A DNA stretch of 57,614 nt from Catajapyx aquilonaris (GCA_000934665.2 JYFJ02002400.1:1-57614); one strand, 5' to 3'. Shown: positions 1 through 13,267, counted from the first letter of the stretch. Program-made: numbers and translations. Notes: generated from the sequence alone by a model not told the origin.

Positions 1-99
1 ACTCGCTCTCCGTAAACATTGGGCAATGACACTGTAAGCGACCATCACGGGATGATGGTTGAATTCGCCCTTTTCCTTCCGCCAGGTGACAGCACCGCG

Positions 100-140
100 T
101 CCCGGACTTTTCGCCCCCGGCATATTCGCCCCCGTGGCAA
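100..140 (+). mobile_element. Fragment of the same family as 12151-12360
   Basis: CCGGACTTTTCGCCCCCGGCATATTCGCCCCCGTGGCA aligns with the left arm at 12156-12225. Confidence 0.65.
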
Positions 141-203
141 CTTCTCCCACGCCGCATCACCAAGAAAAAGGGCAACTCCATCCCTCAGTATGTCGTGGTG
201 GGA

Positions 204-228
204 AAAGCCACAATAACGTTCGTTGGCC
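204..228 (+). repeat. Dispersed repeat core, copy 1
   Basis: AAAGCCACAATAACGTTCGTTGGCC. Confidence 0.8.
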
Positions 229-3200
229 GGCGCGACGGAAAAATTAGGGACTGCTATTACCAAGAGCTCTTGCTATTACTGTGCATATAGAAGGAGGTCG
301 GGTCAGATGAATCGACCTCGTTTGATGCCCTTTTTCTCCGAATCGCGCATTTCCTTAATAAGTGTTGGGGGGTGATAAACCAGGCAATGGCCTCCCTCGA
401 TTGCATTGCCATGCTCTCTAGAGACTAGTGTCCGGCCAATATCATCTGCTAATTGGCGGTGTATATATCTAGGGGGGAAACGCCTATCCGTGGGAAAATT
501 GTCCTCACGTGTTTGCAAAAGTCGTCATGGGAAACGGCGGGCCAACCCTCCCCCCAATCCCCCAAAATCACACGCTTCCTAAAAAAAAAAAGGCTGGGTG
601 CACCCCAACAACAAAAGTAAACAACGACTTATGCTAACGAGTATCCGTCCTGATAAATCGGGGGTCTCATTAGCAGAAAAATTACAGCGTAGTTTTGCTA
701 AATAAATCATAGGCGGCCCGTAGGGGCATCGGTATGTCGAGTCGTTTGTGTGCAGCAAAATGCTTCAGATGTTAGTAGGCCAAAGTGGAGTTTATGGACA
801 GATTAATTAACAAGGCTCGAGTAATGAAAACTGCGCCAGTTAGCCTAATGCCTGGTGGTAAACAGTTAACCGGATTCCACTGCTTGATTGCTTCAACTGC
901 CCTACGACCGGAGGAAAAAAAAACCCACACACATCCATATACACACTCGGAACACACAAAAAAAGTTGGCGAGTTCTGAGATCGATGGTCCATCGGAGCA
1001 GATTTTCCGCGGACATTCTATTCCGCAGGCAGTCCAAATTGGACCGATATGTTATACAAAACGCGGCAGTCCCAAAGAGATGGGCAGTGAGTGCCAGCTT
1101 GTCAAACGAGCCGTTTGCATCGAACAGAGTTGGTTTTACCCTCCCGGAGAAGAAAATCCGCAATCGTCATTTTCCCTGGCCAAAAAAAAAAATCCTCTTC
1201 TTATCAATGGTTCCACTTTTGTGCCCGAATATCCTCCCCCATTTTCGTGGGAAAAAAGAGTAATCCTGGCACTTTCTAGAGATGTAGTGTCGTGTTTCAC
1301 GTGCCAAGAGGAACTTTAGTCGGTTTGGCAATCCCCAGTTTCGGTAATGCGTGTTCCTTGTAGTCCTTTTTTCTCCCTCCAAAAATCTCAGTGTATATAT
1401 TGTACTCCATGTTGCCAAAACCTCGTCGTCTCCGCGGGAACCTCTAAATTAGGAACATGACGCAGGTTGCTTTTGGGGAGGGCCAAAATGCGGGGATTTG
1501 TGTGCTGCCAGCCCAATATGCACGAGTGCTTTGGCCTCTCTCATACTATACATACAGCATAGTGCATCACAGTTGGACCAAAATTGGTGTCTTCCAGTGG
1601 ATGGCAACAAGTGAGCAGAGTCATTGATTTTTGTGCGAGTTTGTTAGGTTGTGTGGTCCTTCTGGGGAGACTTTGTGTGGGAAATGAAAACAAGTAAAGG
1701 ATACCAAATAGGTGTGTGGAGGACCACCCGGACCGGACCTAACGAGGATCCGGAGTGTATCGGACAGCAGAAAAGGCAATCCAAACGATGCAAAAAAAAT
1801 GGCTTTATACTGAGAGAGAGAGTTGAGCACGCAATTTTCTGTGCACACAAGCCTGTGGAAACGGATCGTTACTTACCATGTAGTTATGGGGTGACTATTG
1901 TCCCCGCTTCCTTATCACGTTTTCGTTCCGCATGCGATCCAAAGGCATGCTGGTAAGCGATCAGGAATAGTCCGTGGGGCGGGCTCTCTTTTTATTATTA
2001 TTTTTCTTTTCTTTTGCGGGAAGCCTATTTTCCGGGTCGACTTTTTTTTATATCCGGAGGGGGGCTATTAAGTGACGATTGGAGAGACTCCGGAACCATG
2101 CATTTTTCATTCGCTCAACGGGCTGTCTTTTTGGTCGCGGACACACACACACACAGCCCTGGAGCCCTTTCTCAATGAGGGCCCGATGAATGACTCTGAG
2201 CATGCAAAGCTTGACAGATGGAGAGACTCTATACGACCCAATATGTCACGTCTCAAGTAGGTTCAAGCCCTGTACGCATATAAAGCTGCTTTCATACTTG
2301 TTGGCTGATATATGCTGTATAGTAAAAATCCAGCATTTTTTTCTCCAGCGGATATGTATGTAAATGGCTCAATCAGGATCTTGACATTTCCAATACATTT
2401 TTTCGATTCCAAATCTGCAGAAAAGTGTTGTCTTGGCGCCAAATAGGAAAGAGATTTTTTCTCTCTCTCCCTCTTCTGTTCCTGTTCAATCAGCTGGTCC
2501 GGAGGGGTGGCTGTGGAAATTGTCGTCTGTCTGAGAAGCGAGAAACATGTCGAAATGTCTCTCTGAGGAAACGTTTAGGCCGAGGAAGAGCGATGAGATG
2601 AGATGAGTCCATACTCCATCCTGTAAAAACAACAAGGGCCAGACAGACAGAGTGAGTCTCAACAAATCGGGAATGAATGCAGCCCCATCCAACATTTGAT
2701 GCTGGGGACTATCAAACGGGAAGCTTTTAAGAAGGAGAGCCGGGCTGCATCTCGGGATAGATATAGGAGAGCTTTAAGCGTCCCGGACTAAAGGTATATA
2801 GGCTGGTGAGGAGTAGAAAACTCTTAAATATTTATGGGGAGCAGGGAGTCTGCTGGAGGAAATTGTTTCCTGGCCGGATGCTGCATGATAAAAGAGGCGG
2901 GTGGCCACGTGCTGCTGTAGTACGTATATATACCCCCCCGGATTGGCCTCCTCAGCCAACTCAATAAAGGTGCTCATTGCGTCAAAGATATTCATTCGGA
3001 ACAGGCGTCATCTACTCCGGCAGAGGACGGTAAATCACTTCCAGCAAAAGCAGCAGCAGGCGAGATATTGGCCCGAGGGTGGCTTGGGCTCCTTGCTTGT
3101 AATTGCAAAGTTTTGAAGCGAGGTTTGTGTGTGTACTGTGCACCCTAATCATACTTCGTAAACCTGGCTTACAGTGCACTAATTGAATGCCCCTCCGGTT

Positions 3201-5648
3201 ATGATGATGGCCACCGGGTGTTTCTTGGCGAGTCCATCGTTTGGTCGTACAGAGAAACATCCCTAGCCAAAGTGGAATTGAATTTGAAGCTAGGTTGCTG
3301 GCTGGGGTGGTGATGGTGGAAACGGAGACTTTTGCTTTCTAGACACGTTCCCTGGATTGTTGGGAACGGCGGAGAAACACATCTACAGTGAAGGCCACCA
3401 ATGCTGTGGCTGCTTCTGGAGTATAAGGAGAGGGGGTGTGGGGAGAGGAGGAGGAGGCAAATATTTTTGAAACTGTTGAGTTGCTGCCGCCGATGGCTGG
3501 TGGGTGGAAACTGGAGTTTCATGCAAATTGGTCTGCTCCAGGGGGAGGTAGTACCACTATAGTAGGAGAAGTGCACACCACGCATGCATATAGAGCAATC
3601 TGCAAAGTATAATGGAATGTGGAGGTGACAGCAGCCTTTGCAAACTTCTAGACTTCTCCTGGCATATAATTATGACATGCTGAAAAGCTCTGTTCTCCCA
3701 TCTTGGTCGCTGACTAATTAGGTGTGGGTTCTCTCTGATGGAAAGGCTCCTGTGTTGCTCCACGCAGAATGTGTATATAGGAAATCCGTGAGCAGCAAGG
3801 ACATCTTAAATTCTGGGCACACATTTCGGGAGCAGATGGGGGGGACCACACTCGAGTTTTCTCAAACATCAGCAGGAGCCATTTATTTTTTCTTTCTCGC
3901 CTCTTCTCTCCTATATCCCCCCCTCTCGACCATGTTTCTTATCTACGGGTTTCTTTAATGGAGCAAACGAGTTGAATGAGCTGGAGGGGTCGTTTGGCTC
4001 CCAGTCTGCTCATGTATCGTCCATACCACTAAACCTCTCTCCCTGGAGGACACCCCCCCTATTTTTAATTAGAGTGTTTATCTCTCGAAAGGAGCCAAGG
4101 CGTTTCTTTGGGGGTCTGACGTATGACACCCAGGTTCAAAGTGGACTTGATTGGATTAGGGGGGGGCGGGGGGACATTTGTCAGTTGATCACGTAGGCTG
4201 CTCGTATACAATGCTGGCTGCATGGCGATGACAGGCTGCCGACGCCCGGCGTCGCCTTGTCACATCAGGCATGCAACGCATCGCATTACAAGGGGAAAAA
4301 GGTCCCACCTGCTGCCTAACAGCCCCGGCATTATTCTGGACGTTTACCTTGTTTATGTTTGACCCCCTGCTCTCCCTATTTTGCTTACAGTGTCGCCGTT
4401 GGTGTTTGCCCCTGCCCTTAAACTGTACCTCCTCTGTCCGAGATTAATTAGTCCGCTAGTCATTATACAGCTGCTACACTACTCCGGCTGTAAACAAACA
4501 CCCGGAATCGGACTATTCAAAATATACAAAGTGGTCTGCATGTATACCAACAAACGGGAACATTTAATGTAGAGTCGTGTCGTTTGGTCCTTTCAGAGAT
4601 ATATTGGTAGATTAGCACTTGGTCGGTAGTGTTGACGAATGCAAATGTGGCTGGATCCTTCGATTCCGCAATGTGCGAGTCTTGATCCCAGAGGGTTTCC
4701 ACCTTTTTTTGGCGAAAAGTCTTCCTGTTCCTCTCTTCTTCTTCTTTCCTTGGGAGCAAGGAACAAAGAATGCTAACCTCCAGGCGACTTCATCTCGCTT
4801 TTTTTCTTCTCTCTGCTGGGGCTGTCTCCTTTTCTTGACTCTTTCTTTTCACTCCCGTTCCTTTTTGGCCTCCTTCTTCCCTGCCAATTTAAAGCGCGAT
4901 GGATTCCTCTCTTTTCTTTCAAAGCATCGCCCCCAACTGCAGGCTATGGTTTTTTTTTGTGAATAGAAATATTCACAGCTCATTCTGTCAGGCAGTAGCA
5001 TTGTGAGGAGGTGGGGGAGGAAAAAAGAGGAAACGGCGCTGCTTTCCTTGTTTCGATGCTGCCACCAGGATTATTAGGGAGCTCTGCCGAAGGGATTCAA
5101 CTCCGCGTCTATTCTTACCCCCACCTGAATATATGCGCCAAAAACTGAGGGAGACTCAACAGAAAAAAAGACGTGAAAGATAGCCAGGCTTCTTAGTCTC
5201 CAATTGAAAAAAGAAGAAGTGAGGAACGTGTGCGGATGGAAAAGGGAATTTTCTTTTTTCCCCTCCTCCTCCTCCCAACCATCTTTTTTGTTCGATGAAT
5301 CACAGATCGTCGTGCTTGCTGACTCGAAGTTGTCGTCGTTCACATGCAGAACTCTTTTTTTCTTCTTCTCTCCCAGCAGCTTATTTGGGGAAAAAAAGGT
5401 TTTGGGGGAAGAGCTGAGAAAATTCCAGGCAGAGGAATTTTCCCGGTCGCCATCTGGAAGAAAAAAAAAATCCTGGGCTTTTTGGCACCGTGGTAATCAC
5501 CAACCTCATTACCCGCCTTGCCATTATTACATCGATGCAAACCCCTCCAGCCACGCAATATTTGATAAAGAACGAGGATTCACCATGTGCTCCAGTTTGC
5601 GTTGATTCAACGGCTGATCTTCCCTACACGCAACTATATACTGCGGGA

Positions 5649-5679
5649 CAACGAACGTTATAGTGGCTTTGCCACGGCG
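5649..5679 (-). repeat. Dispersed repeat core, copy 2 (reverse orientation)
   Basis: Minus strand CGCCGTGGCAAAGCCACTATAACGTTCGTTG. Confidence 0.8.
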
Positions 5680-6764
5680 CGGCGTAGTAAAGATCTTCCG
5701 ATTCAACTGGAGTCCCTCTGATTCAGTGCATGCAATATTTCCTTGCAGGAAGAATAATGCCGCGCATTTTATGCAGCAGGGAACTATACGTAGAACCGGT
5801 CCCAAACGGGTGTCTTTTTAGTCATGATTAGAAGAAAAGCCTGGTTTTAGGCATGCATTTGATTCCCTGCGAGCCCTCCCTGCCCTTCCATATTTTATTA
5901 GTCCAGCGGTGGAGGCTGCAGCCTCTGGGACCACCGTTGGAAATAACTTATGTAACCCCCCCTTCCAAAGACAAGAGAGAGGGGGGGCTGAAATATTAAT
6001 TGCGACAGGGTCGCACTAATTCAGTTTGGCTCACACAGCTTTTGCATCCCAAAGTTTGACCATTGGAGACTATAAATGTCAGGAAGTGTATACTTGTTGT
6101 TTCGAGTCACGTGGGCTTGGTGTTGACTGCTGGTGGTTGCTTTTATTGGCGCCCCTTCTGGTCCAGTCTGGTCATTACGGTACACTAATCCTCCCTCCCT
6201 CTGACTTACAAGGGGGACAGGAAAGAAAAGAACAAGAGATGCTGCTTGTTGTTTCAATCTGGCATCGACAGGGTGTGCCAAAACGGCCTGTAATGATCGT
6301 GTGTGCAAATCGCCCGCGAAAATGCCAGTGCAAATTTCATTGCAAATGGGTCCCAAATGGGGGGTGTCCCCCAGTGTGTGTGTGTGTGCATGGGATTATC
6401 TTGTTGGATGATACTCTAACGCTCGATGGTGCTGCTGGAGACGCTCCCATTCTATAGAGGGGGGGACACAACATATGAGTCTTTTGCCTCCTGCTGCTGT
6501 TGGGTTGAAGGAACATATCAAACGCGGCTGGTAGGATGCAATATGAGGCCACCAAGTCCACTTCCTGAAAGCAATAATCCCCTGCTGGTCTTTGGGGGGG
6601 AGATGGCCGAGAGAAACGCAATATTTCGAAGGGGGGATCCAACCCTCCAAGTCTCCAATATCCCATCAATGACCACCCAAAGAGGATGCCACTATCTAAT
6701 CTCATTCTGTATACATTTATTATCGTTATCAAACCCATCGTGTTTTGAACTGTCAAGTAACGTG

Positions 6765-6797
6765 CTTTTTTTCCTCTTGTTTCTTTCGCAGGTAAGC
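6765..6797 (+). promoter_or_regulatory. Candidate recursive splice site (juxtaposed 3' and 5' splice sites)
   Basis: CTTTTTTTCCTCTTGTTTCTTTCGCAG|GTAAGC: long pyrimidine tract plus CAG directly followed by a near-consensus donor. The acceptor end TTTCGCAG is identical to the genuine acceptor at 57295-57302. Confidence 0.5.
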
Positions 6798-8315
6798 ATC
6801 AGACCAATCCGGATCCACTATCGGAAGGTGCGTGTCTTGTCCAGGTTCATTTCTCATGTTCTCGGGTGGGTGTCATTACCGGCGTATAAATTGTTTTTAA
6901 ATTTCCAGGCGGCAAGTTTTGAAATGTGTATTTATACCTGAGCAAACGGTGCGCCCGTTTGACATGCAACGGGCGCGATTCCGTGATTTGAACCGTGTTT
7001 GACCTATACTATACGTGATGTTGAGCGATAGTTTACAGAGAAGAAAAAAAATACAGCTTACGCGAGCATAGTTAAGACCTGAAGAAAATCGAGTCCGACT
7101 CGGCATTTTCTAGGTGATTAGTACAATTATCACGAAAGCTGCCTCAAGTAGCTACTGTACACTCTCTTTTGGAACAATTACCGGAGTAATTAGTGCTTAC
7201 GTAGCTATACCCCAAGTGCGGGAAGGGAATCCTAAGCTGATAAAACTCGTTAGTTTTGTACATCAGTTTATAAGTGGATATATGTTTATTTAAGGATTTA
7301 TGCCTGGGTCCGGGCCGCCCGAGTAAAGTGAGGACAGGATTAAATTCCATCCCGAGCACCAAGCACCGCTTCAAATGGATTGTTTATAAGTCAAATCCCT
7401 ATAAGCTTTCAGCACAGCAAAGGCTCGAGTGCTGTTGGTTGCATTACCTTCCTTGTTTATTCGACTTATTAAAAGTCGGCCCTATTATTACATCTAATTC
7501 GATGTCGCCACTGATATATACACTCCTAAAAAGCATTACAATCCGGAGCCGTGTCACAGGATAAAGCTGTTCAGTTTTGATCGACCATTACACATCAGTC
7601 GACGGCGTTAAAATCGCAACAATAACTTTTTTTTAACTCCCGGATAAGTTGTCAAGTGCTGAGTTGTAGGCAAATATACCGACTGTTTTGTGTTGTCCGT
7701 CCCCCTACATATACGGGCTGTAAATCAAGGTTTCGTTTTGTAATAACGCTTCATCCTCATTACCGTTCGATTTATTTCTTCCCCAAAAATTTTTTTCCCA
7801 ACCCCCCCTCTTTTTTTATGATCCGACTGCAGATGAATATTTTATTGAAATTGCACGTGCATGTCGGGTTTATGGCGGAATAACAGTCCTTAAAAAGTTG
7901 ATGGTTTCTATCGGGAAAACTTGTGGGGGAAGTGGGCCACACTACCCTCCTATACAATATAGGTGCGAATTTTATTGCTCTCCTTTCTCTCTATCAAAAA
8001 AAACAAACTCTGCATTGCTTCCAGCCTTTTTGGGGGTGTCCAACTGTCCTCAGCAACGTCTAATTTATATGCCGCGATCCTCATTATTTTTTACTACCAT
8101 TAGTCGCCGATAATGGCTCCATTTCCATAAAACGCCCTGTTTTTTGGCGTCTGGTTAGTCCTGGAGGACAACAAGCCCCCTTTTATGAAGTCTAATGACA
8201 GACCAAGCCCCGCACGGAATATTGCAAATAATAATCTACAGGATAATCGTAAATAAAAGTAGAAGTTGGTACCGTCTCCGCCGGATCAATGGCGCTGCTG
8301 TATAGTGACACTTTG

Positions 8316-8357
8316 TATATATAGTTTGGCGCGCAGAAAGACTCGGGCATCAGTCAG
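8316..8357 (+). promoter_or_regulatory. Candidate core promoter of Sema2a (TATA-like box + arthropod-type Inr)
   Basis: TATATATAG at 8316-8324 and TCAGTC (Inr consensus TCAKTY) at 8350-8355, about 32-36 bp apart and about 285 bp upstream of the ATG. Spacing is slightly long; no transcript evidence. Confidence 0.5.
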
Positions 8358-8517
8358 CCCTCTGAGGTTGCCAGAGCCAGGGGCAGACGATTTGCCAACA
8401 CCGCTTTTCCACTCGTCTCCCCAACCCAAAACCCGACCAACCAAAAGCAACCGACCGGAGCGGATCCCCAGCCAGTCGAGACTCGGAGCTCGCTCGAGAC
8501 GCGTCTAGAGCTGGGGC

Positions 8518-8592
8518 ATGGGCCCGGAGGTTCGGATATCAAACACAACAATGCATCGCGAGTGTGACGACTCTTGGTGCAGGAACTTGTGA
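8518..8592 (+). other. Upstream ORF (24 codons) in putative 5' UTR
   Basis: ATG 8518 to TGA 8590-8592, MGPEVRISNTTMHRECDDSWCRNL, ending 43 nt before the main ATG. Relevant only if transcription starts near 8352. Confidence 0.35.
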
Positions 8593-8635
8593 GAAAGAGA
8601 GGAATATATTGTTGTCCTTTCTGGAGTGAGACAGT

Positions 8636-8807
8636 ATGGGTGGTATGATCCGGCGAGGTTGGTGCCGGCCCAGTCGGCTGGTGCTGTGTCTGGTGCTTCT
8701 GGCGCTGGCCAACCATTGCCTGGAGCAGGTGCGGGCAGACTCGCAGGAACACCTAGGGGTCTACTTCGAGTCACCCTGTTGCGGAAGGCATCTCAGGCAC
8801 CACAGAA
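8636..8807 (+). CDS. Sema2a: Semaphorin-2A-like secreted protein, first coding exon (signal peptide + N-terminal CC segment)
   Basis: ATG at 8636 (in-frame TGA at 8627; second ATG at 8645) reads MGGMIRRGWCRPSRLVLCLVLLALANHCLEQVRA|DSQEHLGVYFESPCCGRHLRHHR. Hydrophobic signal peptide ends in V-R-A. YFESPCCG resembles YYERPCCTG of Drosophila Sema-2a as recalled. Exon ends A|GTGAGT (phase 1), compatible with the exon at 37917. Absent from the ORF track because the unspliced ORF is under 60 aa. Paralogue 2a vs 2b cannot be resolved here. Confidence 0.88.
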
Positions 8808-11800
8808 GTGAGTAAAATCATTATTGCATCCGTCCGCACTCTCAGTACTCCGAAAGTGGGCTAGTAGCCGGGGCATACAAAGAAAGTGGCGGAAAAGGTT
8901 TTATAGCACGAATGATGAGAGCACGTGTGGCGTTTGGCGCCCGGATAAAGTTGCTACCAACATCCGGATAGATTCTGTAGTTGGCCTGGGAGTCCAGCTG
9001 GGAATGAACCCGTTGCACGCGTGTGTGTTCCATAGCGATAAATAATCCGGGGGATTGAGCATCGGTGTGAGCGCAGCACAAAAGCCCCGGTTCCATCCTC
9101 CCCAGAGGTATGAATGGGCCCGTAAATAATATCCGGGTGTGCGACCATACGCAAAATGAACCCTTCCTCCCGCACCAGTGGCAGTGCGAGCAAGCCGAGA
9201 GATGACGGCTACCGATATCTTCCTTCATCCCCCGGATTTATGAGCCGCTCATTGTCCTAACGAGCCGCCCTCCGACGCTTTTGTCATCAACACTCGGGCT
9301 GGAAATAGCCGCCCCGGTATAGCTTGGACATGTCGTCTTCCCAAACGTCATTTGTCCGGGGAAAAAGACGCGCTCAACTTTATACTCGTATAGGTGGGCC
9401 AGGTGGTGCGGCTGGCAGCAGGCAGGCAGAGGGGTTGATGGAGATATCAAAAGGCCTGGCATTTGCCCCAGGGCGGATCCGGGGCTGGATCCCCGTGGCA
9501 GGTGGTGGATCATCGGAATCCAAAGTGGCTGCAAAGTTTAGAGACGATAGTTCCTTGGACGCCTGTCGATTTCATTAGTTTTTGGGTCTTGCCCAGATGT
9601 GCACATGTAATAACTTTATCTGCCGGCAACACTATACAGGTTTTTCCACTTTTGTTGTGGGAGGAGGTGAGGGACCCCCCCTTCTTTTCGATTTTTTTTG
9701 CGCCTCTTTTGTCTGGCATGTTGCCGTCCAAGGTCGGTTGCATCAGGGTACTTGACCGGATTACTGACCGCTGGCTCGAGCTGGGGGATGCAAAATACTG
9801 GATAGCCTTATTGTCATCATTGCCAGCGAGTGTGTGTGTGTGTGATCATTAAGTCCCAGTCGCAATGACAGACAGGCATGTTGGTTAGGAGTGGTGGTAT
9901 AGGGGGGGTGTAGAGATCGATAGCCTCCCTCGGAGCGTGAGGAATTAGTTTTGTGTGTTTCGTGCCGAGTGATTACTCGCACACAATCGGAGGCTTTGCA
10001 CGGATGAACACCAGTTCCCAGTCTAAAAAGAGAGGATCTCCCCAGCAGTGGTGGTGTTACTGGCCGTCTATACCCATCCGAATCAAAAAAAAATATGCCC
10101 GGGATAGTTGTCCTGGACTATAATCGGGGCCAATAGTTGCCCCTAATGGAATTTTAATGGCAAAGACAATGCACGGAGATGCGAGTCGACAAAATTTGCT
10201 GGGGGCTGGCCTTTCCTATCCAGTCTAATTTCCGGCGTCCAGGGCGTCGCTTCTCTTTTCCCCCCCTCCTGCCGGGGCGGCAGGTGTGGTCCTTTTTTTT
10301 TTCCTCCTTCCCCAACCGATCTGTCCATGATTGGGCCAACCAGAAATCCTCGGCAGCTGCTTGCCCCTTAAAAAGTCAGCCCTCGCGGCCACACATTGCT
10401 GCAATTGACATTGTAATTATAAGGGACCGCTGATTTTTTTTTTTCCGAGTGTAAAAAAATAGGAGGCGCGCGAGTCGATGAGTAATTATCCGGGCGCGGA
10501 ATAATAGGAGCGCGACAGTAAATTGCGCAGATTCTAAAAGAGCCATTAATGCGAACGCTCTTAATTACCTAACGAGCAGAGGGTCTGGGATTAGTAGGTT
10601 AGTCTGCTGGAGGGAGGGAGAGAGAGAGCTAAGAGAGAGGATGAAGAGCAGCATCAGGAATGATGCCTTGGAGTGCCCTTATTTTTGGCAAAGAGGAAGC
10701 AGCACGTGTGCATTGATTAATGAGTGTCTGCCAAGCATCCCCCCCCCCCCCCCCCCCAACTCGATTGCTGCTGCGGGTTGTCTCCTCCAGCCAATTCAGA
10801 CCTTCGCTGCAGATCCTCAGCTTCTGTTTACACGGTCTAGAGTGCATTGAATGACACCAGATGACATTTGGTGTCGAGAAACATTCAGCTACACTGTACT
10901 GATCGCACGTTTGGTAAAACAATTAACCGGTGATCTCGTCGATACACACCGCACACAAAACGATGATGTCAGATGATTCCCCACAGGACACGCCTTGTGT
11001 GCCCTTGGGACATGTGATGCCAAGAGGCACCAGTGATTCATAAAAATGTATTGAGGCGACAACATTTTTCAGGAAGGCCCCAATTTGGCAGAGTGACTAG
11101 CAATTGCCCTCTAGGTGCAAGTAACCTTCACCCGAGCAGAAACGTGACTATCAAAAGTCTTTTCTCCTCCACCTCCACCCCCACCTTCGGAGTTCCTAAC
11201 GAGCCATGGTTTGGAGGCCACATTCCCTGCGTGCACATGTCCACTATAAACGCGATGTAGTTTCGTGCTACCAAACTGTTTTTTTCTTTTCTTATCCTTT
11301 TTACCCTGCGTAGATTCGGTCCAAAGAAACAGTGTTGACAACACTGGAGCTGACTTTGAGACAACGACTGCACTATCTGCAGTGCGGGATGGTTTGATTG
11401 GCAGGGAATAGATTGAGCAGCATGGCTCGACCTTGACTTTCCTTCTCCGCTGATTGCCCGTCAGTTTCAAGCCTTAATTAGTTTCCGCCGCGGATCACAC
11501 CTATAGGATCAGAAATTCGCCACGCAATTATCCGGAATGCCATTTGAGCCCTCTCGAGAATGATGACACACCATTTTGCTGCAAAGGACCCAACAAAAAC
11601 AACAGCTAGAATTGTCCCCCATTTTGGTCTGACCCACGTTGCGAAATGACCTTACCTGGAAAACATAATATCCGTGAAAGTATAATTTGGACAAAGTATA
11701 AGAGCATGAAAGGCTCCGTTTATTTGGCCCACCCTCTATCCCCCCCGAATAAAAGGGGGGAGTGAGGAAACTTGGGTCGAGACCCGCAGTAAAAACAATC

Positions 11801-12150
11801 GTTGTTGCGATAATAGCCCCGGAGAAGTAAAGTCGAGCTCTCACGGGGGCCACCTATTTTTGGTGGCCATAAACCGGATGGCAGGTCGTTTAATCCGGAC
11901 CTGGAGAATTACCACCCCTCGTCCAACCAACCCACCACCCACAGTCCCCATATGTCTGTTTACGCCGACCAGCAATCTGGACAACATATAAATTATCACC
12001 ATTGGGCGTTCAACGGGTGCCAAACGGACCGGGTCCACTTAAATTCGTTACCTTCTTTTTGTGTTGAAAAGTACAGTACCCACAGCATAACTTCTCAAAA
12101 AAAGCAGTCACCGTAAGCGATTGGTGGAGCACAGGCCTTCTGCTCCACCA

Positions 12151-12360
12151 GGGATCCGGACATTTCGACCCCGGCATATTGGCCCCGTGACAATTTCGCC
12201 CCCGGCGTATTCGCCCCCGTGGCATATTCCACTTTGAAGAATTGGGCTGGGAATTTCTCGAGAAGTGACCTGGCCTTGTGTGTAGCCTGGCAACGGCGGG
12301 AGCGAAATTGTCACGGGGGGCCAATATGCCGGGGGCGAAACGGTGGGGGCGAATAGTAGG
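12151..12360. mobile_element. Non-autonomous DNA transposon relic with ~15-bp subterminal repeats (TTCGCCCCCG type)
   Basis: Left arm TTTCGACCCCGGCATATTGGCCCCGTGACAATTTCGC is mirrored by GCGAAATTGTCACGGGGGGCCAATATGCCGGGGGCGAAA at about 12302-12340; several tandem TTCGCCCCC units. Confidence 0.7.
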
Positions 12361-13267
12361 GCCTATGCAACAAACGGTTGTGTTGCATACGCCCCAAGTA
12401 TAGACTGAATATCTGCGACTATAGAGAGCCTATGAGGGATGTAAAGTGGGCACTCAATATTCAATTTGCGAGTATAAGTGCAAGACTGGCAACAATGCTT
12501 TTTTTCTCTCCCATCTTATGGTGCCGTTGATGAGAAAGTTTGGTGCAAGTGCGTTTAGTAGAGGAAGAGCTTTTCTTTATTCTTCTTGTCCCGTATAATG
12601 CACTCAGGCAACCCCTCCCTTCCTCCTCTTCTCTTTTTCGAGTCGACGACGATCATTCCGCTAAAGGATTCGCCCGTCGCTCTAATGGACAATTACAAGA
12701 CGTGTCACCCTGGCTTTTAGTCGCCTGGGTTTCGCCCGAATAGTACCCCCGGAAAAAGAGAGCTAATCCGATTTGCGAGCCTGTCTCCATATTGGGATTA
12801 AAGACTAGGAGAGAGAGAGAGAGAAAAAGAGCGATGGAAAGTTACGAGCTTGCAACTCGCATTATCGCCAAAAAGGCGACGAGGAACATGGCTGCCACCA
12901 CTCACGACACTTCATTTTGCGCGCAAATTCGATGCACGCCCCTTCAATTTTGCCTCCATATCATCACCGACAAAGTGCAAAAAAAAAAAAATGCTGGAAG
13001 CGATGAGCTACAATATATTTTAAATACGCTGTTTCATACCCCCCACTTTTTTATATTTAAAAAAAAATGAAGTCATTCAATTAGTGCTCGATTTAATTAG
13101 CCCAGATCGGCACACCATATCGTTTTTTTTTTAAAAAAAAGTTGACGTTTGCTTAGGAACGTTGAGGGGAGACCCCTTAATTGCATACATTATTTAGCAC
13201 CTTTACTCGCACATGGTTGCCAAGTTTTCCCCCCGCAATTTGAGCAATGGCCAACAATCACTATATG

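Noticed and set aside
2486..3300. Possible decayed LINE endonuclease on the minus strand (FLCTTKRW, LLLEVIYRP)
   Set aside because: Motif resemblance is too weak and fragmented to support without a profile search (TBLASTN/HMMER against APE domains would decide).
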